Assembly (NCBI GenBank): GCA_963662625.1
Contig: OY759726.1
Location: forward strand, 1,216,001-1,280,000
Origin: Nitrosopumilus sp.
GTDB lineage: Archaea; Thermoproteota; Nitrososphaeria; Nitrososphaerales; Nitrosopumilaceae
Length of the DNA stretch: 64,000 bases
Reading direction: 5' to 3'
The notes beneath the pieces are model-generated. The model did no database searches. It was not told the origin of the DNA and saw only the letters and a list, made by a program, of their open reading frames with translations. Shown here in pieces: positions 39,310 through 48,272 of this stretch. The position numbers and the translations under genes were made by a program. Position 1 is the first letter of the stretch, and the number at the start of each line of letters is the position of its first letter.

Positions 39310-39655
39310 GCTTATGCACCATATTTATACTTTGGACAAGTTTGCCCATTTGTATATCATAACACATACAAAAATGGTTGCCAAGTGCAGGCCCGGGCAG
39401 CCTGCCCATGATCCCCGCGTCCTGCCGCGGCGTACCGCTGCCGCGTAGCGCGCAGGCTGTCCGTCCCCCGTGGGGTGGCCATCATGCGTCCGCGCGCGTC
39501 CCGCCCCTTTGCCGTTGCACGTTTGCCTGCTCTCGGCTTTCCCGATCCAGTCCCGTACCTTTTTTAGGCCAGGGCTGCCGCCTGGCTGCCTTGATCGGGG
39601 CACGCATGACGCAATTGATGCACGCGGTTTATTAACTGCACGAACAACCACCGCC

Positions 39656-42600
39656 ATGGCGGGTCGTCATTTGGTGGGTAGGCTGCAACTTTGTGCTGCG
39701 GCAGCAGCCATATGTGCAATGGCTGCCGGCAGCCTTGGTGCGGCAGGCGGCCAGTCCGTCCCGTCCCACTCGTCTGTGGCCGCTTGGGAGGCCGCAGCCC
39801 CTGGCCAGTCCGCAACCATGCCCGCTGGTGGCGCCGCCGGGAGCCACGTGATCGACTGGGGCGAGGGCAGCGCCGCCACGCGCGAGGGGGGCGCCAGCAA
39901 TGCGTACGGTGTTGCCGGGGCCTCCGTAGCTGAGATGCCCGGCGGCTTTGCCGGAGCTAATCTGGGGGACGATGCGGCAGACGGGGACATGCCGCGCCCC
40001 ATGGGCGGGACCGCGCCCCGGCCCGTTCCCGCCGGCCATGCAAAGAGTGCATACGGCACCGCGATCGCCGCCACGGACCTCCTCGGGCTGCCACCATCCC
40101 ACTCAAAGCACGCGGCCACGGTGCCAGGCGGCGCCGTTTCCGCCCATGCCAAAGTGACTGGAACCGTGTTCTTCGACGCGGACGGCGACGGAATTCAGGA
40201 TCCGGGAGAGAAAGGCGTTGAAGGGTACACCATGCACGCGATTGACCTCGTGACGGGCCAAGCCAGATCTGCCGACACCGCGGCCGGCGGCACGTACGCC
40301 TTTGAGCGCGTAAGGGCGGGCGAGACGACTCTGATACAGACCTGCTTCTTCCCGCCCGGACACACCGTGGCAGGCGCGGGATCGTCGTGGTTCTCGTACG
40401 CATCGCCGGCAGGCGGCCAGACGGCCACGTTTGATGTGGGTTTCTACCCGGTGCCGGAAGACCGGCGGGTCACGCTGGACCTCACGGCATTCCTGGACGA
40501 GAACCGCAACGGCGTAATGGACGCGGGAGAAGTGGGAGTCGGGGGTCTCAACCTTACGGTATACACCTACGCCGTAGGATCCGCGACCGTGACCACCGAT
40601 GCCTCCGGCACGGTGACAAGGGCCGACCTGCTGCCCGTCGACTGGGCCGTAACAGGCATGCCGGGGGAGTACCTGGTGACAGCATACAGGTACGAGAGAT
40701 CCGACGATACGGCAGGAAAGTTCTACGATCCCACTTTCCTGCTAGCGGACGAGCCGGAGCCCGGCTCGGTGCACACGATCGGGATAGGGCTGGTGCGAGC
40801 AGGTGCCGGCACGGGCGCCGGATCCATAAGCCTCGACAGGGGAGTGTACCCCGTCCCGATCGGCCCCGGCGCGCTCAAGATGAAAGACGGAAGCTACCTT
40901 CCGCAGGGCGAACTGACCGTCCATGTCAGGGTCAGCGACGCGGACTATGACCTGTCCGCCGCCGCCACGGACACGATAGACGAACCCGGCACGGGCCCGG
41001 TCAGGGTCTCCGTCATGAGGGGATCCGCGCAGGTCGTGCTAGGCTATGCGGGGGGCGCCGCCCCGGAGGGCGACCGCTTTGGCCCGATCAGGGAGATTGC
41101 CCCAGACGCCGGAATCTTCGAGGCGGGCATTGCGATCAGTCACGCCGACGGGCCTGAGAGCCCCAAGTGCGCGCCAGGCGGCGGGGCGTGCGTCCTGAGT
41201 GGGGATACTATCCTGGTGGAATACGCCGACGCCGATGATGGGTCAGGCGAGCCAAACATGGCGACCGACTCTGCCACGTTTGCCCTCCGGGACGCCGCAC
41301 TCCAGTCCGACAAGACAATCTACGTCGTAGGCCGCGACATACTCCTGACCCTCACCGAACCCGACTTTGACCTGGACAGCGCCCGCGCAGAGGCATACCC
41401 GCTCAACCTGATCGAGTGGGACTCTGACGCCGCCACCCTTGCCCTCGGCAGCGACGCCGCGTTTGTCCCCGAACCGCCCTATCTGGGGGAGACCGGCACC
41501 GGCACCGGCATCTTCCAGACTGTCATCCGGATGCCTGAAAGCCTTGCCGGCGACACTCTGGACCGGGCCGAGGAGATCCAGCTCGAATACGCCGACTGGG
41601 GCCCGTCTGGATCTGGCTATGTGGGAGACCTGCACAAGGACGTCGGCGCGACGATCTACACCTCCTACTTCGGAGCAACCGTGGAACTCGACCAGAATGC
41701 CTACACGTGGACTGACAAGGTATACATCACCATCGTAGCGCCAGACTACAACTTCGACGCCGACCTGGCCGACGAAATCGGCGACACCGACTCGAACCCC
41801 GTAAAGATTTCGACCAGGGGAGCAGACCTTGACAGCTACAAGCTAGTCGAGACGGGCCCCGACACGGGCATCTTCGCCGGCGAGGTCACCCTCACCGGCT
41901 TCACGCACGATGCCGACGGTGACACTACCACCGGCCCCGGCGGCAACGACGTAATGGATCGTCCGCCGCATGGCGGCGGCCCGACCGATGGCACGCTGCC
42001 ATCCGATGACTACGACGGCATCACCGTCTCCTTTGAAGTCTCAGAGGACTACACGGTAGTCAGCTCGGCGCTAATCCGGTGGAACATCGGCGAGGTCCAG
42101 TGGCTTGAGGCCGGCTACCCGGCTGATGGAGCCGGCACCGTGAGGGTGATTGATCCGGACATGAACCTGGATCCGGAGGCAGCCGACAGCTTTGGCATCG
42201 ACGTGTGGTCCGAGACCGACCTCGCGGGAGTTGGCCTTACAGTGACCGAGACCGGCGAGGCTACCGGGATCTTCGAGGGCACGACGTCCTTCACCGCCAC
42301 CGACGGGTCGTCCGCCCACACGCTCAGGGTGGCAGGGGGTGGCGCCGCCACCGCGGGATATGAGGACAACACCCTGCCCGATCCATACACAACCGTGGAT
42401 GAACGTCGCATCCTCGCCGTCGCAGCAATCCAGGGAACCGGCAAGACAGTCGACGGCGGCGGGAACAGGATAGGGCTAGACCAGGCAGCCTACACGTGGA
42501 CTGACAAGGTATACGTCACCATCGCCGCGCCGGGCCACAACCTGGATGGCGGGCTGGCCGAAGAGATAGGCGCAACCCCTTCGGACTCGGTAAGGATCTC

Positions 42601-43246
42601 CACCAGGGATGCGTACCTTGACAGCTACAAGCTAGTCGAGACGGGCCCCGACACGGGCATCTTCGCCGGCGAGGTCACACTCACCGGCTTCGCGCACGAT
42701 GCCGACGGCGATGCCGCCACCGGCAACGAAGACGGAGACGACACGGAGTACCGTGCACCGTCCGGAAGCGGCCCGACTGACGGAACGCTGCCAACCAGCG
42801 GCAACGGCGGCGTTGCCGTCTCCTTCAAGTTCTCAGAGGATGAGACGATCGTCGGGTCGGCGCTTGTACGGTGGAGCATCGGCGAGATCCGCTGGCTTGA
42901 GGCAAGCCACCCGGCGACGGGAACCGGAGTCGTAAGGGTAACCGATCCGGACATGAACCTGGATCCGGAAGCACTCGACAGCTTCAACGTCGACGTGTGG
43001 TCCGACTCAGACGCCGGAGGCGTCGACCTTACCGTGACCGAGACCGGCGAGGCTACCGGGATCTTCGAGGGCACGGTGTCCTTCGCCGTCACCGGCGAGT
43101 CGTCCGGCCACAGGCTCAGGGTCGCAGGGGGCGACACCGTCACCGCGGGATATGAGGACAACACGCTGCCCGTCCCATACACGACTGCAGACGAGCTCGA
43201 CATCTCGGCCACATCGTCAATCAGGGCGCCCCCGAGCCAGCCATGA
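39656..43246 (+). CDS. Large chimeric cell-surface protein (SdrD-B-like domains + S-layer-like modules)
   Basis: Signal peptide; GTVFFDADGDGIQDPGE and DENRNGVMDAGE SdrD-like motifs; repeated YTWTDKV/ETGPDTGIF/DPDMNLDPEA modules; TTTATTAA at 39628. Confidence 0.8.
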   Translation: MAGRHLVGRLQLCAAAAAICAMAAGSLGAAGGQSVPSHSSVAAWEAAAPGQSATMPAGGAAGSHVIDWGEGSAATREGGASNAYGVAGASVAEMPGGFAGANLGDDAADGDMPRPMGGTAPRPVPAGHAKSAYGTAIAATDLLGLPPSHSKHAATVPGGAVSAHAKVTGTVFFDADGDGIQDPGEKGVEGYTMHAIDLVTGQARSADTAAGGTYAFERVRAGETTLIQTCFFPPGHTVAGAGSSWFSYASPAGGQTATFDVGFYPVPEDRRVTLDLTAFLDENRNGVMDAGEVGVGGLNLTVYTYAVGSATVTTDASGTVTRADLLPVDWAVTGMPGEYLVTAYRYERSDDTAGKFYDPTFLLADEPEPGSVHTIGIGLVRAGAGTGAGSISLDRGVYPVPIGPGALKMKDGSYLPQGELTVHVRVSDADYDLSAAATDTIDEPGTGPVRVSVMRGSAQVVLGYAGGAAPEGDRFGPIREIAPDAGIFEAGIAISHADGPESPKCAPGGGACVLSGDTILVEYADADDGSGEPNMATDSATFALRDAALQSDKTIYVVGRDILLTLTEPDFDLDSARAEAYPLNLIEWDSDAATLALGSDAAFVPEPPYLGETGTGTGIFQTVIRMPESLAGDTLDRAEEIQLEYADWGPSGSGYVGDLHKDVGATIYTSYFGATVELDQNAYTWTDKVYITIVAPDYNFDADLADEIGDTDSNPVKISTRGADLDSYKLVETGPDTGIFAGEVTLTGFTHDADGDTTTGPGGNDVMDRPPHGGGPTDGTLPSDDYDGITVSFEVSEDYTVVSSALIRWNIGEVQWLEAGYPADGAGTVRVIDPDMNLDPEAADSFGIDVWSETDLAGVGLTVTETGEATGIFEGTTSFTATDGSSAHTLRVAGGGAATAGYEDNTLPDPYTTVDERRILAVAAIQGTGKTVDGGGNRIGLDQAAYTWTDKVYVTIAAPGHNLDGGLAEEIGATPSDSVRISTRDAYLDSYKLVETGPDTGIFAGEVTLTGFAHDADGDAATGNEDGDDTEYRAPSGSGPTDGTLPTSGNGGVAVSFKFSEDETIVGSALVRWSIGEIRWLEASHPATGTGVVRVTDPDMNLDPEALDSFNVDVWSDSDAGGVDLTVTETGEATGIFEGTVSFAVTGESSGHRLRVAGGDTVTAGYEDNTLPVPYTTADELDISATSSIRAPPSQP
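41702..43200 (+). repeat. Internal ~790-bp module duplication within the surface protein gene
   Basis: Identical tracts TACACGTGGACTGACAAGGTATAC (41702/42491) and ACAGCTACAAGCTAGTCGAGACGGGCCCCGACACGGGCATC (41832/42621). Confidence 0.85.
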
Positions 43247-43365
43247 CCGGCGTGATCTTCCGGTCTGGAAATGCCGCCAAAGCGGCCCGGCCGATCCGGC
43301 GGGGGATCGGACATGCGCCCGTGGGCTCGCTACATTTTTAATTGAACCGGCCCGGTACTGAGGCA

Positions 43366-44391
43366 TTGAGCCAGCAGATGGATGCCTTGGACAGGGAGCT
43401 CCTCAACGAGATCCAGTGGACGTTCCCGCTGGTCCCGAGGCCGTTTGACGCGATCGCCGGGAAGTTTGGCACGTCCCCCAAGTCGGTCAAGGAGCGCCTG
43501 CTCCGCCTCAAGGAGGCCGGGATACTCCGGCAGCTGAGCGCGATATTTGACACCCGCCGCCTCGGCTACACCAGCTCGCTGGTCGCCATGGAGGTGGAAC
43601 CTGAGATGCTGGAACACGTCGCCAACCAGGTCAACCGACACCCCGGCGTCAGCCACAACTATGAGCGCGACCACCGGTTCAACCTCTGGTTCACGCTTGC
43701 GGTGCCGCCGGGCTCCGACCTTGAGACCGAGGTGGGCAGGTTCTCGGCGCTGGACGGGATAAGGAACGTCCGCATGCTGCCCACGCTGCAGCTGTTCAAG
43801 ATAGGCGTAAAGCTGGAGATGGTGGACGGGAAGAAGCGCAGCGTCGCCCCCTCCGAGGAGAAGAAGGAGGTCAGGGACGTAAAGTTCGTCCCCACGGAGG
43901 AGGACAAGTCGTTCGTGCGCGAGCTGCAAAAGGACCTTGAGATCACGGACAGGCCGTTCCTGAAGCCGGCCGAGCGGCTGGGGCTCGGGGAGGCGCAGGT
44001 CTTCGAGAGGCTGAGGCACTACGAGGAGATAGGCGTGATGCGGAGGTTCGCCGCGATCTTGCGGCACAGGCAGGCCGGGTTCACGGCAAACGGCATGATA
44101 GTCTGGAACGTCCCCGAGGACAGGATATCCGAGGTGGGGTCAAAGCTGGGAGCCTTCCCGCAGGTCAGCCACTGCTACCAGAGGCCCACCTACCCGGACT
44201 GGCCCTACAGCGTGTTTTCCATGATACACTGCAAGACCAGGGACGAGGCCGGCCGGATGGCCCGGGAGATACAGGGCCAGGTGCGCGTGGACGACTACAG
44301 GATCCTCTTCAGCTCCCGCGAGTTCAAGAAGACCCGCGTCGAGTATTTCGTGGAGGGCAAGTTCAGCCTGGAGGAGACCGTCTCCGCCTAG
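43366..44391 (+). CDS. ahbA: Siroheme decarboxylase (fused AhbA/AhbB, Lrp/AsnC-like)
   Basis: GVSHNYER, FNLWFTL, VSHCYQRP, PYSVFSMIH; start uncertain. Confidence 0.88.
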   Translation: MSQQMDALDRELLNEIQWTFPLVPRPFDAIAGKFGTSPKSVKERLLRLKEAGILRQLSAIFDTRRLGYTSSLVAMEVEPEMLEHVANQVNRHPGVSHNYERDHRFNLWFTLAVPPGSDLETEVGRFSALDGIRNVRMLPTLQLFKIGVKLEMVDGKKRSVAPSEEKKEVRDVKFVPTEEDKSFVRELQKDLEITDRPFLKPAERLGLGEAQVFERLRHYEEIGVMRRFAAILRHRQAGFTANGMIVWNVPEDRISEVGSKLGAFPQVSHCYQRPTYPDWPYSVFSMIHCKTRDEAGRMAREIQGQVRVDDYRILFSSREFKKTRVEYFVEGKFSLEETVSA

Positions 44392-45383
44392 CCCGCCCCG
44401 GGGGTGGCCTTCAGCTCGTAGGGGGGCCACGTGTCGTACAGGGCCTCGATCTCTGCCATGTCCCGCGCCGGGACGTAGCTTCCAGACATGCCGGCGTAGC
44501 CCGCGATCTCCTCCACGTCGACCATGGTGGGAAAGACGGAGGCAAAGCCCTTCTTGGAGAGGATGAACTTGATGGCAAGCTCCGTCATGCTGAGCCCGTT
44601 CCTCTGGGCGATCGGCCTCAGCTGCTCGACCTTCTCGAGGGCTGACCTTACCCACTCCCTCTTCCTGACCGCCCTGTGGTCGTTCTCGTCGATCTTCGTC
44701 TCCGCGTTGACCTTCCCCGTCAGGACCCCTGACGCCTCCGGCACCCTTACGAGGACGCCGACCTGCCTCTCCAGCGCCCTCTCCATGAGCTCGTTGCCCG
44801 GCGTCTGCTCCAGTATGTTGTATACCGTCTGGACCGCGCTGATGTTCTTCCTGTCCATCGCCTCCAGGCCCTCCCGCGTCCACCCTATCGCGGGGCCCAG
44901 GGCGACCTGGTACGTCCCGATCTTCCCCTCCTCCACGAGGCCGTCCAGCACGTCGAAGATCCCGTCGTCCCTCACGTGGTGCAGCTTTGGGTTGTGCAGC
45001 CCGTACATGTCGAGGCGGTCGGTCTGCAGCCTCTCCAGGCTGGCCCTGAGCGCCTTCCTCGTGAACTCCTCGTCGAACCTCTGGGGCAGCTCGCTGTGGC
45101 CGATCTGCTCCACCCCGCCAAAGTCGTACCCGTACTTTGTCGAGATGACCACCTCGTCCCTCATGTCCCTGAAGACCTCGCCGATCAGCCTCTCGCTCTT
45201 TCCCTTCCCGTACATGTCGCCGGTCTCGAAGAAGTTGATCCCCACGTCGTACGCCTTCTTCAGCATCCTCTTTGCCTCGTCCTCCTGGATCTCCTTGCCC
45301 CACCAGTTAAGCGCGATGGACCACGCCCCGAAGCCGACCTCCGAGACCATGGCGTCCGTCTTGCCCAGCCTGTTGTAGTTCAA
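44388..45383 (-). CDS. Aldo/keto reductase
   Basis: SEVGFGAW, ETGDMYGKGKSE, STKYG, SLERLQTD. Confidence 0.92.
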   Translation of the reverse strand: MNYNRLGKTDAMVSEVGFGAWSIALNWWGKEIQEDEAKRMLKKAYDVGINFFETGDMYGKGKSERLIGEVFRDMRDEVVISTKYGYDFGGVEQIGHSELPQRFDEEFTRKALRASLERLQTDRLDMYGLHNPKLHHVRDDGIFDVLDGLVEEGKIGTYQVALGPAIGWTREGLEAMDRKNISAVQTVYNILEQTPGNELMERALERQVGVLVRVPEASGVLTGKVNAETKIDENDHRAVRKREWVRSALEKVEQLRPIAQRNGLSMTELAIKFILSKKGFASVFPTMVDVEEIAGYAGMSGSYVPARDMAEIEALYDTWPPYELKATPGAG

Positions 45384-45919
45384 CCCGTGATCTCCCTGAA
45401 CTCGGCGAGCCTTGCCCCGATCTCCGCGTCGCCCAAGACCTGCTCCCCGTCCGGGATCTCCCAGTCTATCTCTATCCAGGACTTGCACCCCTGGTACTCC
45501 TGCCTAACGGGCACGTGGAACTCCGGGATCCTGAACACCTTCAGGAACATCGCCTTCATGGGCCTCTCCTCCTTCCACCCCATCCTCCCGTCGATGCACG
45601 ACTTGCTCCATATGTGGAACTTTGACAGCATGTCTATCCTCTCCCCGGAAGTGACGTCGGCCTCTGCCAGGACCTCGGCGTACGACGATATCCTGTTGTG
45701 GCCCTCCATTGGCGGGCCTTCCTTCCCGATGAGCCCGTGGAACCGCTCCTTGATGTTGGCGCGGCCCTGGTGCTCCGTGGTGGGAAACAGCAGGAACCTG
45801 TCCGACTCCACCCTGAACCCCGACGCGGTCTCCATGATCCCGCCCTTCCTCAGCAGGACGGTCTGCTCGCCGCCCTCCAGCGCGCTGACGACTGCCGCCC
45901 ATTCCTTGAGGGACTTCAT
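45380..45919 (-). CDS. DUF1802-like protein
   Basis: LKEWAAV...LLRKGGI...FLLFPT..H and GCKSWI. Confidence 0.8.
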   Translation of the reverse strand: MKSLKEWAAVVSALEGGEQTVLLRKGGIMETASGFRVESDRFLLFPTTEHQGRANIKERFHGLIGKEGPPMEGHNRISSYAEVLAEADVTSGERIDMLSKFHIWSKSCIDGRMGWKEERPMKAMFLKVFRIPEFHVPVRQEYQGCKSWIEIDWEIPDGEQVLGDAEIGARLAEFREITG

Positions 45920-46596
45920 CACCCCAGACTCCTTATCAGCGGGACGACGTCCTTTTTGACGCATACTATCATCGGGATGTCGTTTTTCACGTACCTTGAG
46001 ACCCTCGTCTCCCTCAGGTCCATTATCAGGTCCTGGAAGTCCCTGATGTCGTCGGCCTCGAACGCCAGCATAAAGTCCTCGTCGTGGATCCCGAACGAGT
46101 AGGTGGTGTTCAGGACTATCTGGGGGTATTTCTTGCTGACCTCTATGTGCTCGTCCATGATCTCCTGCCTCTCCTCCCTCGGCAGCAGGTACCACTCGCG
46201 GCTCTTGGTGAACGGGTAGACTATGACGTACCCCTTCGCCTCGTCGCCCGAGACAAACCCGGACTGCTTCGCGTCCTTCACGTAGATCGACGGCCTGGTG
46301 CAGGACAGGTACGTCCTGGAGGGGGCGATGTACTTGCCAAACACGGTGGAGTACAGCCTCTCGGCCGCGCCCTGGATCTCGTCCACGCTCTCCGCGGCAA
46401 ACCAGAACAGGAAGTCCGCGTCGTCCCTCAGGCCCAGGTTCGAGTACGTCCTGAACCTTACCCCAGAGTTCCTGATCACGTTTTCCACCTCCTTGGCGGA
46501 CTCTTCCTTTGCGAGGTCTGCCATCCACCTCCACTTGGGATCCAGCTTGAAGAACGAGAAATTGAAGAAGTACTGCCGGCCCGCGCCCTGCCCCAT
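45919..46596 (-). CDS. Chlorite dismutase / coproheme decarboxylase (ChdC/HemQ) family
   Basis: YPFTKSREWYLL, MDEHI, YSFGIHDEDF. Confidence 0.9.
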   Translation of the reverse strand: MGQGAGRQYFFNFSFFKLDPKWRWMADLAKEESAKEVENVIRNSGVRFRTYSNLGLRDDADFLFWFAAESVDEIQGAAERLYSTVFGKYIAPSRTYLSCTRPSIYVKDAKQSGFVSGDEAKGYVIVYPFTKSREWYLLPREERQEIMDEHIEVSKKYPQIVLNTTYSFGIHDEDFMLAFEADDIRDFQDLIMDLRETRVSRYVKNDIPMIVCVKKDVVPLIRSLG

Positions 46597-46653
46597 GGCT
46601 TCATTGGCCCCCTGAACCCTATTTAAACAGAAACGCGGCCGCCCGGCCAGCGC

Positions 46654-47424
46654 TCATGCGGCCTGCTCGAGGACCCAGTCGTAGCCGTCGCTTTCCAGCT
46701 TGTCGGCAAGGGAGGCGTCACCCGTCTTCAGGACCCTGCCCTTGGCAAAGACGTGGACGAAGTCCAGCTTGTCCAGGAACTTCAGGATCCTCGCATAGTG
46801 CGTGATCACGACGACCGTTGCGTCCTCCCCTGAGACCTGGCTGATCGACTTTGCGACCGCCTGCACCGCGTCGATGTCCAGGCCGGAGTCGGGCTCGTCC
46901 AGGATCGAGATCTTAGGCTTCAGCACAGCCATCTGCAGTACCTCCGCGCGCTTCTTTTCGCCGCCGGAGAACCCCTCGTTGAGGTACCTTGACAGGAACT
47001 CTTCTTTCAGCCCCACCTTGTCGAGGTTCTCCTTCAGGTACTTTTGGAACTCCCTCACGGTGATGAATACCTCCCTGTCTTCCCCCTGCAGCGCCTTGCT
47101 GAGCGAGTTGTACGCCGTCCTCAGGAAATGCGAAAAGCCGACCCCAGACACCTCCGTGGGGTACTGGAACCCCAGGAACAGGCCCCTCTTTGCGCGCTCG
47201 TCGGCGGTAAGATCCATTATGCTCTGGCCGTCCAGGAGGATGTCCCCCTTGGTGACCTCGTACTTTGGGTGCGCGAGCAGCGTGTACGCGAGAGTGCTTT
47301 TTCCCGAGCCGTTCGGGCCCATTATGGCGTGCACCTCCCCCGGGCCGGTCTTCAGGTTGACGCCGGTGAGGATCTCCTTCCCGTCCCTTGTGACGTGCAG
47401 ATCCTTGATCTCCAGAACTGCCAT
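46654..47424 (-). CDS. sufC: Fe-S cluster assembly ATPase SufC
   Basis: MGPNGSGKST, GFSGGEKKR, DEPDSGLDID. Confidence 0.96.
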   Translation of the reverse strand: MAVLEIKDLHVTRDGKEILTGVNLKTGPGEVHAIMGPNGSGKSTLAYTLLAHPKYEVTKGDILLDGQSIMDLTADERAKRGLFLGFQYPTEVSGVGFSHFLRTAYNSLSKALQGEDREVFITVREFQKYLKENLDKVGLKEEFLSRYLNEGFSGGEKKRAEVLQMAVLKPKISILDEPDSGLDIDAVQAVAKSISQVSGEDATVVVITHYARILKFLDKLDFVHVFAKGRVLKTGDASLADKLESDGYDWVLEQAA

Positions 47425-47673
47425 GCCGCCAGTTGGCTCGCTTCTATATATAATGCCCGCGAAATTTAGCTGATCCTAACGGGACGGCCCGCGCCGGCCC
47501 GCTCCGTGCAGGCCGCGCGGCGCCGCCGGCGGGCCCCGGGCGGGGGGACGCAGCGCCGGCCCCCGGGCGGGAAGGGGCGCCGGGCCCGCCCAGCCCCGGC
47601 GGGGCCAGATCGCCGGCGGCGCCGCGCGCAAAATGGAATTGGTTTTATACTGCACGGCCCAACTAACCCAGTA

Positions 47674-47898
47674 ATGAAGCCGAAGAGCAAGATTTCGTTT
47701 ACCATGTCCCGCGAAGAGGAGGGCGGGTACAGCGCGCAGTGCATCGAGTTTCCCGGGATCATCACCCAGGCCGACACGAAAGCCGACCTGAGGAAGATGA
47801 TAAACGACGCGGCGGCCGGGTACTTCGAGTCGTTTCCGGAGGAACGGGACAGGCTGCAGCAGATCAAGAAGAACGAGGTGATGGAAGTCAATGTCTAA
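47674..47898 (+). CDS. hicB: HicB-family antitoxin
   Basis: EEEGGYSAQCIEFPGIITQADT motif. Confidence 0.85.
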   Translation: MKPKSKISFTMSREEEGGYSAQCIEFPGIITQADTKADLRKMINDAAAGYFESFPEERDRLQQIKKNEVMEVNV

Positions 47899-48091
47899 GA
47901 AGATGCCGGCCCTCGCCCTGAGGGACATCCTGAACGTCCTCCGCAAGCAGGGGTTCTGGCAAAGCGGGCAGACTGGGTGCCACATATTCATGACCGACGG
48001 GAAACACAGGGTCACGATCCCCCGGAAAAAAGAGATGAAGAAGGGGACGCTGACGTCGATAATCGTCCAGTCCTCGTACCCGGTGGCCTAG
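47891..48091 (+). CDS. hicA: HicA-family toxin (possibly C-terminally truncated)
   Basis: LRKQGF...QTGCH...VTIP...GTLTSI. Confidence 0.78.
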   Translation: MSKKMPALALRDILNVLRKQGFWQSGQTGCHIFMTDGKHRVTIPRKKEMKKGTLTSIIVQSSYPVA

Positions 48092-48272
48092 GCGCCGGAA
48101 GTCCCGAATCACATGCCGTGGCTTTCACGGATGACCGCAACCCGATTTGGGACCACCGCACGGTTGATACACGCGAATGGGGCGTACTGTAGTCGGCGCA
48201 CCGTGGGGTCCTTGAGCGATGCATCTGCCAGCACGCACCTTGTGGGCAAATCCGCGACTGCCACCCTGTAGG

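Noticed and set aside
41702-43200. Diversity-generating retroelement TR/VR pair
   Set aside because: No reverse transcriptase in the window; both copies are coding and differences are not adenine-specific
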